Shown here piece after piece: positions 19,063 to 29,617 of a DNA stretch of 64,000 nucleotides (the first letter of the stretch is position 1; each line of letters begins with the position of its first letter). This stretch comes from Dehalococcoidia bacterium. Lineage in GTDB: Bacteria > Chloroflexota > Dehalococcoidia > Bin125. Both the position numbers and the translations under genes were made by a program. The notes beneath the pieces are model-generated. The model was not told where the DNA came from and made no database searches. It saw nothing but the letters and a program-made list of their open reading frames with translations. The stretch covers positions 2,496,001 through 2,560,000 of the forward strand of contig OY820591.1 of the NCBI GenBank assembly GCA_963555985.3, written 5' to 3'.

Positions 19063-19368
19063 TTAGAAGATGCCGAGTTCGAATTTGGCTTCGTCGGAGC
19101 ACATTTCGCGGGGATCCCAGGGGGGGGAGAAGACGATTTCGGACTCTACGTTGTCGACGCCCTCGATGGTGGAAGCGGCCTGTTCGATTTGGGCTTTGAT
19201 CATGGGGCCGACGGGGCAGGCGGGGGAGGTGAGGGTGAACTGGATCTTGACGCTGTCGTCGGTAGGGGATTCGACGCCGTAGACGAGGCCGAGGTCGACG
19301 ATGTTGATGCCGATTTCGGGGTCGAAGACGGTTTTGAGGGCTTCGAGGACTTGTTGTTCGCTGGCCAT
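19063..19368 (-). CDS. sufT: DUF59/SufT metal-sulfur cluster assembly factor
   Basis: VFDPEIGINIVDLGLVY, TLTSPACP and FSPPW motifs. Confidence 0.92.
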   Translation of the reverse strand: MASEQQVLEALKTVFDPEIGINIVDLGLVYGVESPTDDSVKIQFTLTSPACPVGPMIKAQIEQAASTIEGVDNVESEIVFSPPWDPREMCSDEAKFELGIF

Positions 19369-19379
19369 GTCGGTGCTCC

Positions 19380-19886
19380 TCAGTTGCTGGTGACGCGGGT
19401 GGGGATGTCGGAGTCGTCTTCGAGGGTATCGCCGGCGGCCCGGGCGAGGGCTTGGTCGAGCACTTTCCAGGCGAGCAGGCCGCATTTGATGCGGACGGGG
19501 AAGCGGGCCACGCCGGAGAGGGCTTCGAGGTCGCCGAGGTCGACCGCATCGAGGTCGAAGCGGTCGTCGGTGAGCATCTGCTGGACGTGTCGGGAGGTCC
19601 GGCGGGCCTGGGCGAGGGATTGTCCGCCGATGGCTTCGGTCATCATGGAGGCGCTGCTTTGGGAGATGGAACAGCCGCTGCCGCCGAAGCCGAGGGCGCT
19701 GACGGCGTCGCCGTCGATCACCATTGAGAGTTGGATTTCGTCGCCGCAGGAGGGGTTGAAGCCTTCGGCGGAAACGGTGGCGTCGTCGCGTTGGCCGCGG
19801 TTGCGGGGGCGGCGATAGTGTTCGAGGATCACGTCGCGGTAGAGCTCGTCGAGGTCGACCGGATTCTGTGCTTCGCGGTTGGCCAT
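19380..19886 (-). CDS. sufU: SUF system NifU-family sulfur-transfer protein
   Basis: LYRDVILEHY, NPSCGDEI, GCSISQSSAS and RIKC motifs. Confidence 0.95.
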   Translation of the reverse strand: MANREAQNPVDLDELYRDVILEHYRRPRNRGQRDDATVSAEGFNPSCGDEIQLSMVIDGDAVSALGFGGSGCSISQSSASMMTEAIGGQSLAQARRTSRHVQQMLTDDRFDLDAVDLGDLEALSGVARFPVRIKCGLLAWKVLDQALARAAGDTLEDDSDIPTRVTSN

Positions 19887-19902
19887 GGGCCGGTGGTCCG
19901 TT

Positions 19903-21165
19903 TCAGCTGCTGAGGGCGGCGGCGCGCTCGAAGCCGAAGTATTCGCCCGCTTCGAGGAGGCCTTCGACGAGGGCGTCGACTTCTTCGCGTTGGTTGTAGA
20001 GATAGAACGATGCTCGTGCGGTAGCGGGAACGTTGAGCGTTCGCATGAGCGGTTGGGCGCAATGGTGTCCGGCGCGGACGGCGACGCCCGAGCGATCGAG
20101 GATGGTGGCGACGTCGTGGGAGTGGATGTCGCGGTAGTTGAAGGCGACGACCGCGCCGCGTTCGGCGGGGTCGGCGGGGCCGTAGATTTCCATGCCCTCC
20201 AGCCGCGAGAGGCGGTCTACGGCGTAGCCGACCAGATCGGCGTCGTGGGCGGCGATCTGGTCCATGCCGAGGTCGTTGAGGTAATCGAGGGCTGCGCCGA
20301 AGGCGATCACGTCGGCGATGTTGGGTGTGCCGGCCTCGAACTTGTGGGGGAGCGCGGCCCAGGTGGATTCTTCGCGGTTGACGACGCTGATCATTTCGCC
20401 GCCGCCGAGGAAGGGATCGAGGTCGGCCAGCAGTTCGCGGCGCCCCCAGAGCACGCCGACTCCGGTGGGGCCAAGCATCTTGTGCGCGGAGAAGGCGATG
20501 TAGTCAGCGCCTAGCTCGGCCACATCGAGGGGGATGTGGGGAGCGCTCTGGGCGGCGTCCAGGATCAGGGTTGCGCCGACGGCGCGGGACATTTCGGCGA
20601 GTTCGGGGACCGGGGTGATCGAGCCGAGCACGTTGGACATGTGGACGACGGAAACGATGCGGGTGGCGGGGCCGATTGCGGCGCGGGCGGAATCGAGGTC
20701 GGGCTGCTGATCGTCGTTGAGTTCGATGAAGCGCAGCTTTGCGCCGCTGCGCTGGGCGGCGAGCTGCCAGGGGACGAGGTTGGAGTGGTGCTCGGCGGTG
20801 GTGAGCACGATTTCGTCGCCCGGTCGCAAGCGCGCTCCGAGGGTGTAAGCGAGGAGATTGAGGGATTCGGTGGTGTTGCGGGTGAAGACGATCTCGCGCT
20901 GGCTGGCTGCGCCGATGAAGTCGGCGGTCTTGGCGCGGACGCCCTCGTAAGCGGCGGTGGCTTCTTCGGCGAGGGTGTGGAGGCCGCGATGGATGTTGGC
21001 GTTGATCGTGGAGTAGTAGGCGCTGAGGGCGTCGATCACGGACTGGGGCTTTTGGGTGGTGGCGGCGTTGTCGAGGTAGACGAGGGGATGTCCGTGCACC
21101 TCGCGGCGGAGGATGGGGAAATCGGCGCGGATCGCCGCCGGATCGAGCACACGGGTGGTGGTCAT
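19903..21165 (-). CDS. sufS: Cysteine desulfurase
   Basis: VYLDNAATTQKP, FSAHKMLGPTG, FEAGTP and VRAGHHCAQPL motifs. Confidence 0.96.
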   Translation of the reverse strand: MTTTRVLDPAAIRADFPILRREVHGHPLVYLDNAATTQKPQSVIDALSAYYSTINANIHRGLHTLAEEATAAYEGVRAKTADFIGAASQREIVFTRNTTESLNLLAYTLGARLRPGDEIVLTTAEHHSNLVPWQLAAQRSGAKLRFIELNDDQQPDLDSARAAIGPATRIVSVVHMSNVLGSITPVPELAEMSRAVGATLILDAAQSAPHIPLDVAELGADYIAFSAHKMLGPTGVGVLWGRRELLADLDPFLGGGEMISVVNREESTWAALPHKFEAGTPNIADVIAFGAALDYLNDLGMDQIAAHDADLVGYAVDRLSRLEGMEIYGPADPAERGAVVAFNYRDIHSHDVATILDRSGVAVRAGHHCAQPLMRTLNVPATARASFYLYNQREEVDALVEGLLEAGEYFGFERAAALSS

Positions 21166-21485
21166 GCGTCCGGGTCGATTCGGATTTCGCCGTCGATGAT
21201 CTCGACGGGGTAGCAGCGGACGCGGCCGATGGCGGGGAGGGTCTTGGCCTGGCCGGTGGTGACGTCGAAGAGGGCGCCGTGGCGGGGGCATTCGATGAGG
21301 TCGCCGTCCAGTTCGCCTTCGCCCAGGGGTCCGTCGTCGTGGGTGCAGCGGTTCTCGATGGCGTAGACGCCGCCGCCGGCGCCGGCTTCGACGTGGCAGA
21401 GGGCGATGCTTTGGCCGTCGATTTCGACGACGCGGGCGGCGCCTTCGGGCAGATCGTGCAGGGGGCCGACGCTGCGGGCGGTCAT
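21162..21485 (-). CDS. Rieske-type [2Fe-2S] ferredoxin
   Basis: CTH...CPRH Rieske ligands; ATGA overlaps with both neighbours. Confidence 0.93.
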   Translation of the reverse strand: MTARSVGPLHDLPEGAARVVEIDGQSIALCHVEAGAGGGVYAIENRCTHDDGPLGEGELDGDLIECPRHGALFDVTTGQAKTLPAIGRVRCYPVEIIDGEIRIDPDA

Positions 21486-22885
21486 GCGGGCGCCCCCGAG
21501 GCGGTCGGTTCAGGGGTTGGTTCGGAGACTGGCTGAGAGGTTGGATCGGGGATGTGGAGCTGGATTTCGACCAGTTCGTCGATCACCTCGCGCAGGTGTT
21601 GGTCGGGGATGCCGTCGGCGATCTCGCTGAGGAAGCCGCGCACGACCATGCGCTCGGCGACCTGGGGAGGGATGCCGCGGGCCTGGAGGTAGAAGAGTTG
21701 ATCGGGATCGACCGGCCCGACGGCGGCGGCGTGGGAGCACTTGACGTCGTCGGCCTCGATTTCGAGTACGGGGATGGGGTCTGCTCCGGCGCCATCGTCG
21801 AGGAGGAGGTTGCGCATGGTCTGGTAGGCGGCGGTCTTCTGGCCTTCGGGTTCGATCCGGATGACGCCGTACTGGACGGCGTGGGAATCGTCGGTGAGGA
21901 CGCCGCGCACGAGCAGGTCGCTGGTCGCGCCGACGCCGGTGTGGTGCTGGCGGGTGACGTGCTCGATGTGCTGGTGTTGGTCTCCGACGAAGAGTCCGCG
22001 CAATTCGGCGTGCCCGCCGGGCTGACCGAGGTTCATGTCGATCCGCTGCTTGTCGAGGTCGGCGCCGAAGGCGGCGGTGGTGACGCGGATGGTGGCGTCG
22101 CGTCCGACTTGGCCGCGCATAGTGGAGATGGCGGCGGTCTGGCGGTGCCAGCGCTGGACGGAGGCGAACTGGAGCTGCGCGCCCGGTTCGGCGATCAGTT
22201 CGACGGAGGCGTGGACGAAGGGGGTTTCGGAGAGTTGAGCGCGGCGGTCGTCGGCGTCGCCGGCGTCGATCAGGGAGAGTTGGGCTTCGCGGTCAGCGAC
22301 GACGAGGGTGTAGTGCCAGTGGTCGGACTCGTGGGTCTGCTGGGTGATGAGGTAGAAGAGCGATTCGGAGATCGCGACGCCGGGGGGGACGTAGCAGAAG
22401 ACGCCTTGCGTCCAGAGGGCGCGGCCGTAGGCGTCGTACTTATCGAGCGGGTCTCCGACAGAGCCAAGCCAGCGCCGGACGAGCTCGGGCTGCTCGCGGG
22501 CGGCGGTAGAGAGGGGCGCGAGGATGACGCCGTTGGCTTCGGCCTGGGGATCGAGATCGGAGGCGGCGACCTGTCCGCCGACTTGATGCACGAGAGCGGC
22601 GTGGGCTTCGGGGGCGAAAACGTGAGCCGGGGCGTGTCCGTTGACGCCGGGTTGGAGGTTGGCGACGCGGGCGCGTCGGGGGAGCCGGTCGCGGGGGGTG
22701 CGCCGCCAGGATTCCTCTTGGCTGCTCCACCAGTCGGATTGTTGCGCCTGTTGGAGAGCGTGGAGGCGAAATTCGCGCAGCCAGTCGGGTTCGTCCAGGG
22801 AGAAGCTGAGTTGTTCGACCTGTTCGGACAGGTCGGGCTCGGGCGAAATTTTTTCGGCGGGTTCGGAGAGTGCGGTACTCGCCAT
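21482..22885 (-). CDS. sufD: Fe-S cluster assembly protein SufD (alternative start 22909)
   Basis: EPDWL, PVLEIEADDVKCSHAAAVG and LFYLQARGI motifs. Confidence 0.94.
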   Translation of the reverse strand: MASTALSEPAEKISPEPDLSEQVEQLSFSLDEPDWLREFRLHALQQAQQSDWWSSQEESWRRTPRDRLPRRARVANLQPGVNGHAPAHVFAPEAHAALVHQVGGQVAASDLDPQAEANGVILAPLSTAAREQPELVRRWLGSVGDPLDKYDAYGRALWTQGVFCYVPPGVAISESLFYLITQQTHESDHWHYTLVVADREAQLSLIDAGDADDRRAQLSETPFVHASVELIAEPGAQLQFASVQRWHRQTAAISTMRGQVGRDATIRVTTAAFGADLDKQRIDMNLGQPGGHAELRGLFVGDQHQHIEHVTRQHHTGVGATSDLLVRGVLTDDSHAVQYGVIRIEPEGQKTAAYQTMRNLLLDDGAGADPIPVLEIEADDVKCSHAAAVGPVDPDQLFYLQARGIPPQVAERMVVRGFLSEIADGIPDQHLREVIDELVEIQLHIPDPTSQPVSEPTPEPTASGAPA

Positions 22886-22913
22886 ATTGTCAGTGTTTTC
22901 TCGTCTCATCTGC

Positions 22914-23056
22914 GTTCGGGCGCTGTTCAGGATGGTTCGTCCTGTTCAGCGGGGGTTAGTCCTGTTCAGCGGGAGCTGTTCGGTTCCGTTCGATTCCGTT
23001 CGGATGCGGACGGGCGGGGACGGGTGGGTTCGGGCGGGTACGGGCAATGACGGGCA
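22914..23056. repeat. Degenerate 10-bp-period tandem array in the sufB-sufD spacer
   Basis: GTTCGGTTCC GTTCGATTCC GTTCGGATGC GGACGGGCGG GGACGGGTGG GTTCGGGCGG GTACGGGCAA TGACGGGCAT from 22978; GTCCTGTTCAGCGGG twice at 20-bp spacing. Confidence 0.7.
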
Positions 23057-24468
<1,412 letters not shown>

Positions 24469-24472
<4 letters not shown>

Positions 24473-25236
24473 GAGGTCAGTACCTCTTCCTTGGCTCGCG
24501 CCATGAACGGTTCGTAGCCGTCGCGCTCGAGGCGCTCGGCGAGGCTGGCGTCGCCAGATTCGACGATCCGGCCGTCGATCAGGACGTGGACGTGGTCGGG
24601 TTCTACATAGCGCAGGATGCGCTGGTAGTGGGTGATCAGGAGGATCGCGTTGTCGTCGGAGTGGAAGGTGTTGATGCCTTCGCTGACGATGCGGAGGGCG
24701 TCGATGTCGAGGCCGGAGTCGGTTTCGTCCATGACCGCGACGAGCGGTTGGAGGAGTCCGAGCTGGAGGATTTCGGCGCGCTTCTTCTCGCCGCCGGAGA
24801 AGCCGTCGTTGACGTAGCGGCGGACGAAGGACTCGTCCATCTGCAAGCGTCCGAGCACCTCATTGAGCAGCTGGCGGAACTCGCGCACGGGGATGTCGGA
24901 ACCTCGGCGGGCGCTGATGGCGCGGCGGAGGAAGTTGATCATCGAGACGCCGGGGATGTCGGTGGGGTACTGGAAGGCGAGGAAGAGTCCCATGCGGGCG
25001 CGTTCGTCGGGGGCGGTTTCGATGATGCTCTCACCGTTGAGGCGGATGTCGCCGCCGTTGATCGTGTAGCGGGGATGTCCCATCAGAGCGTTGGCCAGGG
25101 TGCTTTTGCCCGAGCCGTTGGGGCCCATGATCGCGTGGACTTCGCCCGGTTGGAGAGTGAGCGAGAGTCCGTTGACGATCTGTTTGTCTTCGACGGCGAC
25201 GCGGAGGTCGTCGATCGCAAAGAGCGCTGGGGTCAT
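24469..25236 (-). CDS. sufC: Fe-S cluster assembly ATPase SufC
   Basis: [38 protein letters not shown] and ITHYQRIL motifs. Confidence 0.97.
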
Positions 25237-25270
25237 CCGGCCTCATCTTTCCGTGTGGTGGTACAGGCGC

Positions 25271-25918
25271 TCAGACGGCCTGTTTGACGAATTCGTCTGC
25301 CGATGTCTGGGGCAGGGGAATGATGTAGATGCAGCCGTCGTCGCCCTCGACGACGCGGCCGGTTTGTTCGACCTCGACTCCGAGCAGTTTCTCGATGGCG
25401 AGGCGATCGGCTTCGCAGACGCAGGAGCTGGTGCTGGCCGCGCCCAGGTAGGGGCAGGCGTTGTTGACCAGTTGCAGGACTTCGCCGTCGCGCTCCCAGC
25501 GGTCGAGGATGCCCTCGCTGCGGAGTGCGGTGACGACGTTGTCGACGCGTTCTTCGAGCGAGCCGGCGGCGACCTCGTCGCGGTGGGCTTCGGCGAGTTG
25601 ATCGGCGAGCGCTTCCGAGATCGCGGTGGGCGGCACGCGCAGGCGGACCATTTCGGCGAGCAGGCGCTCGGCGAGTTCGGGGGTGTGGTCGCGGACGGCG
25701 TGGACGCCCTGATCGGTGGCGCGGTAGAGGTAGGAGGGGCGGCCCGGTCCGCGGCGCAGTGCTTCGACCTGCAAGAGTCCCTCGGCTTCGAGCCGATCGA
25801 GGTGGCGGCGCACGGTGGCGTCGGAGATGCCCATTTCGCCGCTCAAGGTGGCGACGGTCGCGCCGCCGAGTTGGACGACGCGCTCCAGCAGGCTCGTACG
25901 AGTTTCGCGTGGTCGCAT
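25271..25918 (-). CDS. sufR: SufR-type winged-HTH transcriptional regulator
   Basis: ISDATVRRHLDRLE, GPGRPSYLY, C-terminal NACPY..C..C Fe-S ligands; AGGAGG RBS; first gene of the suf operon. Confidence 0.88.
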   Translation of the reverse strand: MRPRETRTSLLERVVQLGGATVATLSGEMGISDATVRRHLDRLEAEGLLQVEALRRGPGRPSYLYRATDQGVHAVRDHTPELAERLLAEMVRLRVPPTAISEALADQLAEAHRDEVAAGSLEERVDNVVTALRSEGILDRWERDGEVLQLVNNACPYLGAASTSSCVCEADRLAIEKLLGVEVEQTGRVVEGDDGCIYIIPLPQTSADEFVKQAV

Positions 25919-25982
25919 GTGAGCCTCCTGTCCGCGCGCGCCGGCGATTCGATTCCGGCGATCCATCTTGGCATTTCTGAGT

Positions 25983-26025
25983 TTATCAACATCTCTACGT
26001 GATAATGCAGTCTTTCTAGCTAGAA
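25983..26025. promoter_or_regulatory. Candidate suf operator region
   Basis: AT-rich patch with the inverted repeat TTATCA-N11-TGATAA (25983-26005) and the palindrome TTCTAGCTAGAA (26014-26025). Confidence 0.4.
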
Positions 26026-26055
26026 TTCGGCGGCGCGGGTAATCCGAACGACAGA

Positions 26056-26868
26056 TCACTCGCTGCTCGGGGGCGCGGGCAGGGCGACCAGCACCGGCCG
26101 CTCCAGTTGGGGATGCCGCTGGAGCGCGAAATCGATCCCGAAGATCGGACGCAGCACCGCTGGATCCAAGGCAATTTCGGGCACGTCGCAGATCACGAGT
26201 CGTCCGCGATGGAGTAGAGCCACGCGATCGGCGTAGGCGGCGGCCAAGTTGAGATCGTGCAAGACCGCGACGATTGCGGCGCCTTCCTGCACCAGATCGC
26301 GCATCAGATTGAGCACCAGATGCTGATGGCGTGGATCGAGGTGGGCGGTGGGTTCGTCGATCAGGAGGATTGGCGTCTCCTGGGCGAGTACGCGGGCGAG
26401 CGTGACGCGGGACTGTTCGCCGCCGGAGAGGGTGGGATAGGCGCGCACGGCATAATCGCGCGTATCGGTAAGTCCCATCGCGTAATCGGTCAAGCGAGCG
26501 CCGTGTTCGCGTTCGCCGCGTTCGCCCTCCCAGGGAGCGCGGCCCATGCGCACGACTTCGCGGGCGGTGAAGAGGAAGGGCAAGTGCGCGCTCTGGGGCA
26601 TGACCGCGCGGCGGCGGGCGAGTTCGCGGGGATCGAAATCGGCGAGCGGGCGGTCGTCGATGTAGACCGTGCCCGCGTCGGGGACAACATCGCCCGAAAA
26701 GGCGCGCAGCAGCGTCGTCTTGCCCGCGCCGTTCGGCCCGACGATGGCGACTAATTCGCCGCCATGCACGGGCAGCGTGATATCGCGCAGCAAGTCCTTG
26801 CCGTCCAGTGCGACGGTCACGTCTTCGCAGCGCAGGACGGCGTCGCGGGAGAGGTCGTCCGTAGTCAC
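26056..26868 (-). CDS. hmuV: Heme ABC transporter ATP-binding protein (HmuV-like)
   Basis: GPNGAGKTT, ELARRRAVMPQ, YPTLSGGEQSRVTLARVLAQ and VLHDLNLAAAYADR motifs. Confidence 0.85.
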   Translation of the reverse strand: MTTDDLSRDAVLRCEDVTVALDGKDLLRDITLPVHGGELVAIVGPNGAGKTTLLRAFSGDVVPDAGTVYIDDRPLADFDPRELARRRAVMPQSAHLPFLFTAREVVRMGRAPWEGERGEREHGARLTDYAMGLTDTRDYAVRAYPTLSGGEQSRVTLARVLAQETPILLIDEPTAHLDPRHQHLVLNLMRDLVQEGAAIVAVLHDLNLAAAYADRVALLHRGRLVICDVPEIALDPAVLRPIFGIDFALQRHPQLERPVLVALPAPPSSE

Positions 26869-26906
26869 ACTCTGAGCTTATCGCCTGCTCGGGTTGGGGG
26901 CTGCCG

Positions 26907-28019
26907 CTACCAACCGGCCATCGCCAGACTGCGGCGGGCGCGGTCGATCAGGAAGAGGAAGACGGGCGTCCCGATGATCGCGGTGAGGACGCCGAGCGGC
27001 AACTCGGCGGGCGCGGCGATCGTGCGCGCGCCGAGGTCGGCGCCCAAGACCAGGATCGCGCCGGCGAGGGCGCTCGCGGGCAGCAGGCGGCGGTGATCCG
27101 GTCCTACCGCGAGACGGACGAGGTGGGGCGCGATCAGACCGACGAATCCGACCACACCCGCGACGGCGACGCCCGCGCCGGTGGCGAGCGCGGCGCCGGT
27201 CACGATCGTCAGCTGGGCGCGTTCGACCCGCAGCCCCAGATGGCGCGCCTCGGCGTCGCCCAACGTGAGCAGGTTGAGCGCTCCCGCCTGGCGGATCAGC
27301 ACCGCCAGCGCGACCAGCACCAGCGGTCCCGCCGCCAGCACGTAATCCCAGACCGAGCCGGCCAGACTGCCCAGCAGCCAGGAGACGATATCGCGCAGCT
27401 CGGCGTCGTCGGCGAAGGCGGCGATGAAGCTGATCGCCGAGCCCAAGAGCGCGTTCACGGCGATCCCGACCAGCAGCATGGTCGCCATCTGGCCGCGCCC
27501 GCCGCCGCGCCGGGCGAAGGCGTAGATCGCCAGCGTGAGCACCAGGCCGCCGACAAACGCGGCCAGCGGCAGGGCGAATAGTCCGAGCGTGCTGAGGCCG
27601 ATCACGACCGCCAGCGCTACGGCAAAAGCCGCCCCGCTGGAGACCCCGATCAGACCCGGATCGGCCAACGGGTTGCGGAAGAGTCCCTGCAAGACCGCGC
27701 CGGAGATGCCCAATCCCGCTCCGACCAAGGCGGCCATCAACATTCGCGGCAGGCGGATCACCCAGACCACCGCTTCGTCGCGCTGGCTGTATTCGATTCC
27801 CAGTCCGATCCCGAGCTTGTCGAAGAGAATGCCGACGACGCGCCCCAACTCGACATCGAACGCGCCCAGGATCAGATTCAGCGCCGCCAGGATGACCACG
27901 CCGGCGGTGAGCATTCCCCAGGCTGCGGGCGAACGAATGCGGGAGAGCGGCTCGGCGACGTGGGCGATATCCGGCCGGCGTTTTCGCAGCTGGGCCAGCG
28001 GGCCGCTCGCCATCGTCAC
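26907..28019 (-). CDS. hmuU: FecCD/HmuU-family ABC permease
   Basis: IRLPR, QGLFRNPLADPGLIGVSSGA, GFVGLIAPH and PAELPLG motifs. Confidence 0.85.
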   Translation of the reverse strand: MTMASGPLAQLRKRRPDIAHVAEPLSRIRSPAAWGMLTAGVVILAALNLILGAFDVELGRVVGILFDKLGIGLGIEYSQRDEAVVWVIRLPRMLMAALVGAGLGISGAVLQGLFRNPLADPGLIGVSSGAAFAVALAVVIGLSTLGLFALPLAAFVGGLVLTLAIYAFARRGGGRGQMATMLLVGIAVNALLGSAISFIAAFADDAELRDIVSWLLGSLAGSVWDYVLAAGPLVLVALAVLIRQAGALNLLTLGDAEARHLGLRVERAQLTIVTGAALATGAGVAVAGVVGFVGLIAPHLVRLAVGPDHRRLLPASALAGAILVLGADLGARTIAAPAELPLGVLTAIIGTPVFLFLIDRARRSLAMAGW

Positions 28020-29194
28020 TCCTCCTGCAAGGCTTGCAGATAGGCGCTCAACTCCGCGATCGCCTCCGGCAGGCGCGGGCCGAAGCCGAGCAGGTAGAGA
28101 TCGGACATCGCGATCAGGCGGCGTTCACGCCCTGCGGTCGTCTCAGCCATGCCGGGGATTGCGAGCAGTTCGTCGATCCCGCCAATCACGTCCAGCCCCA
28201 GTTCCATGACCAGATAGACATCAGGGTTGGCGGCGACCAGCGCTTCGGGGGTAAGCGCCTGCCAACCGACGATGCCGGCCTCTGCGCCCGCGTCGATCCC
28301 GCCCGCCGCCTCAATGATCGTCTGGGCTTCGTTGCCTTGACCGGAGACGAGCTGCAAACCGCCGCGGCGAATGTAGATCAACAGTACCCGCAGCGGTTGC
28401 TCAATGTCCTGAGCTTGCGCGAGCACGGCTGACAGCCGCGCTTCGACATCCCCGGCCAGCGCCTCAGCGGTTTCGGACAAGCTCAGGGCCGCGCCAATCG
28501 CGCGAATCTTGATTCCGGGCGCGTCCAAGCCGGTTGGCGTCTCGATGATTAGCAAGTCAACGCCCGCTGCCTCCAATTGCTCCAAGACGCCGGGCGGCCC
28601 GGCCAGCGAATTGCCGATCACGAGCGTAGGTTCGAGGGCGAGGATCGCCTCCACGTTCAGGGCTCCGGCGAAGCCCAGATTGGGCAGCGTCTCGGTGTCG
28701 GTCGGGTAGATCGAGCTGGTGTCGCGCCCGACCAGGAATTCCTGAGCGCCGAGCGCGTAGACGATTTCCGTCAAGTCGCCGAAGAGGGTGATGATCCGCG
28801 TGCCTTCGGGCACTGCTTCGGCGGGCGTTGGATCGGCAACTGTCTGTTCTGCTTGCTCTTGCTCAATCGTTTCGGACGGAGCGCTCTGTTGCTGCGAGTC
28901 TTGCTGCGACGGCTGCGCCGCCTGCTGATCCGGCTGAGCGGATGCGGCGGGCGCCGGCTCTGCTTGCGGTTCGGTTTGCGCCTGTTGCGCCGGCTCCGGG
29001 CTTGGCGCGGTTTGGGCTTGAGATTGCGGTTCGGCGGTCTGGGCGGCGGCTTGAACGGCGGGTTGCGGCTGCGGCTCTGCGGCGTCGGTTTGCGGCTCTT
29101 CACGCTCGCCGCAAGCTGCTGCGAGCAGCAAGATCAGCGCCAGCAGGCTGAGCAAGAGACTCGACCCGGCACGCGCAGCGATGGCTCGTTGCAT
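28016..29194 (-). CDS. hmuT: HmuT-like class III substrate-binding lipoprotein with a Q/A/P-rich linker
   Basis: AAAC lipobox, TEIVYALG, VGRDTSS.YP, LTPEALVAANPD and LLGFGPR motifs. Confidence 0.78.
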   Translation of the reverse strand: MQRAIAARAGSSLLLSLLALILLLAAACGEREEPQTDAAEPQPQPAVQAAAQTAEPQSQAQTAPSPEPAQQAQTEPQAEPAPAASAQPDQQAAQPSQQDSQQQSAPSETIEQEQAEQTVADPTPAEAVPEGTRIITLFGDLTEIVYALGAQEFLVGRDTSSIYPTDTETLPNLGFAGALNVEAILALEPTLVIGNSLAGPPGVLEQLEAAGVDLLIIETPTGLDAPGIKIRAIGAALSLSETAEALAGDVEARLSAVLAQAQDIEQPLRVLLIYIRRGGLQLVSGQGNEAQTIIEAAGGIDAGAEAGIVGWQALTPEALVAANPDVYLVMELGLDVIGGIDELLAIPGMAETTAGRERRLIAMSDLYLLGFGPRLPEAIAELSAYLQALQEE

Positions 29195-29333
29195 CTGTAC
29201 TGTCTCTCCCGCGCCGGAAGCTCAAGCCAACAAGGTTGCCTGCACTGGTATATCACTCAGATTTCGACAGAAACACCAACGGCGATACAGGCTGGGAAGC
29301 TGAGGGTGGACTTGCGATCCTCTCTCCCCGCAA

Positions 29334-29539
29334 GAGACCGATGCATAATCCATGTTCCGTCATTCCCGCGTTCGGAGAGCTTTGCGAAAATTCTCTTGTG
29401 GGCGCATTGGAGTTTGGAGAAGGGGATCGCGCGATGTGAGGTTGGCGGTACGACCAGATTGGGAGTGGTTTCATACTTGGTTGCTTCGAGATTCCCGCCT
29501 GCGCGGGAATGACGGATTTTGGGATTACGCGCAGGTCTC
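29334..29539. mobile_element. MITE-like element (TIRs + REP + conserved core) inserted in a family B hairpin
   Basis: GAGACCGATGCATAATCC ... GGATTACGCGCAGGTCTC; flanks TCTCTCCCCGCAA | CTCAAGGGGGA; homologous in reverse orientation to 6465-6630. Confidence 0.78.
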
Positions 29540-29617
29540 CTCAAGGGGGAAAGGAGGGAGTAGAGCCCGGCCTGGGCGGGAATGAGGGATCAGGAGGAGA
29601 GGCTTTTCGGCGATTTG

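Noticed and set aside
29195-29333. Cobalamin riboswitch or DtxR/IdeR box upstream of hmuT
   Set aside because: No B12-box or conserved core on the sense strand; AGGTTGCCT only matches the DtxR consensus with a gap.
29253-29585. Short ORFs in repeat mosaics (also 5250-5552, 6390-6708, 36594-36965)
   Set aside because: They are translations of REP/TIR repeats (HSRAGGN, VIPAKAGI) with no RBS or family motifs.
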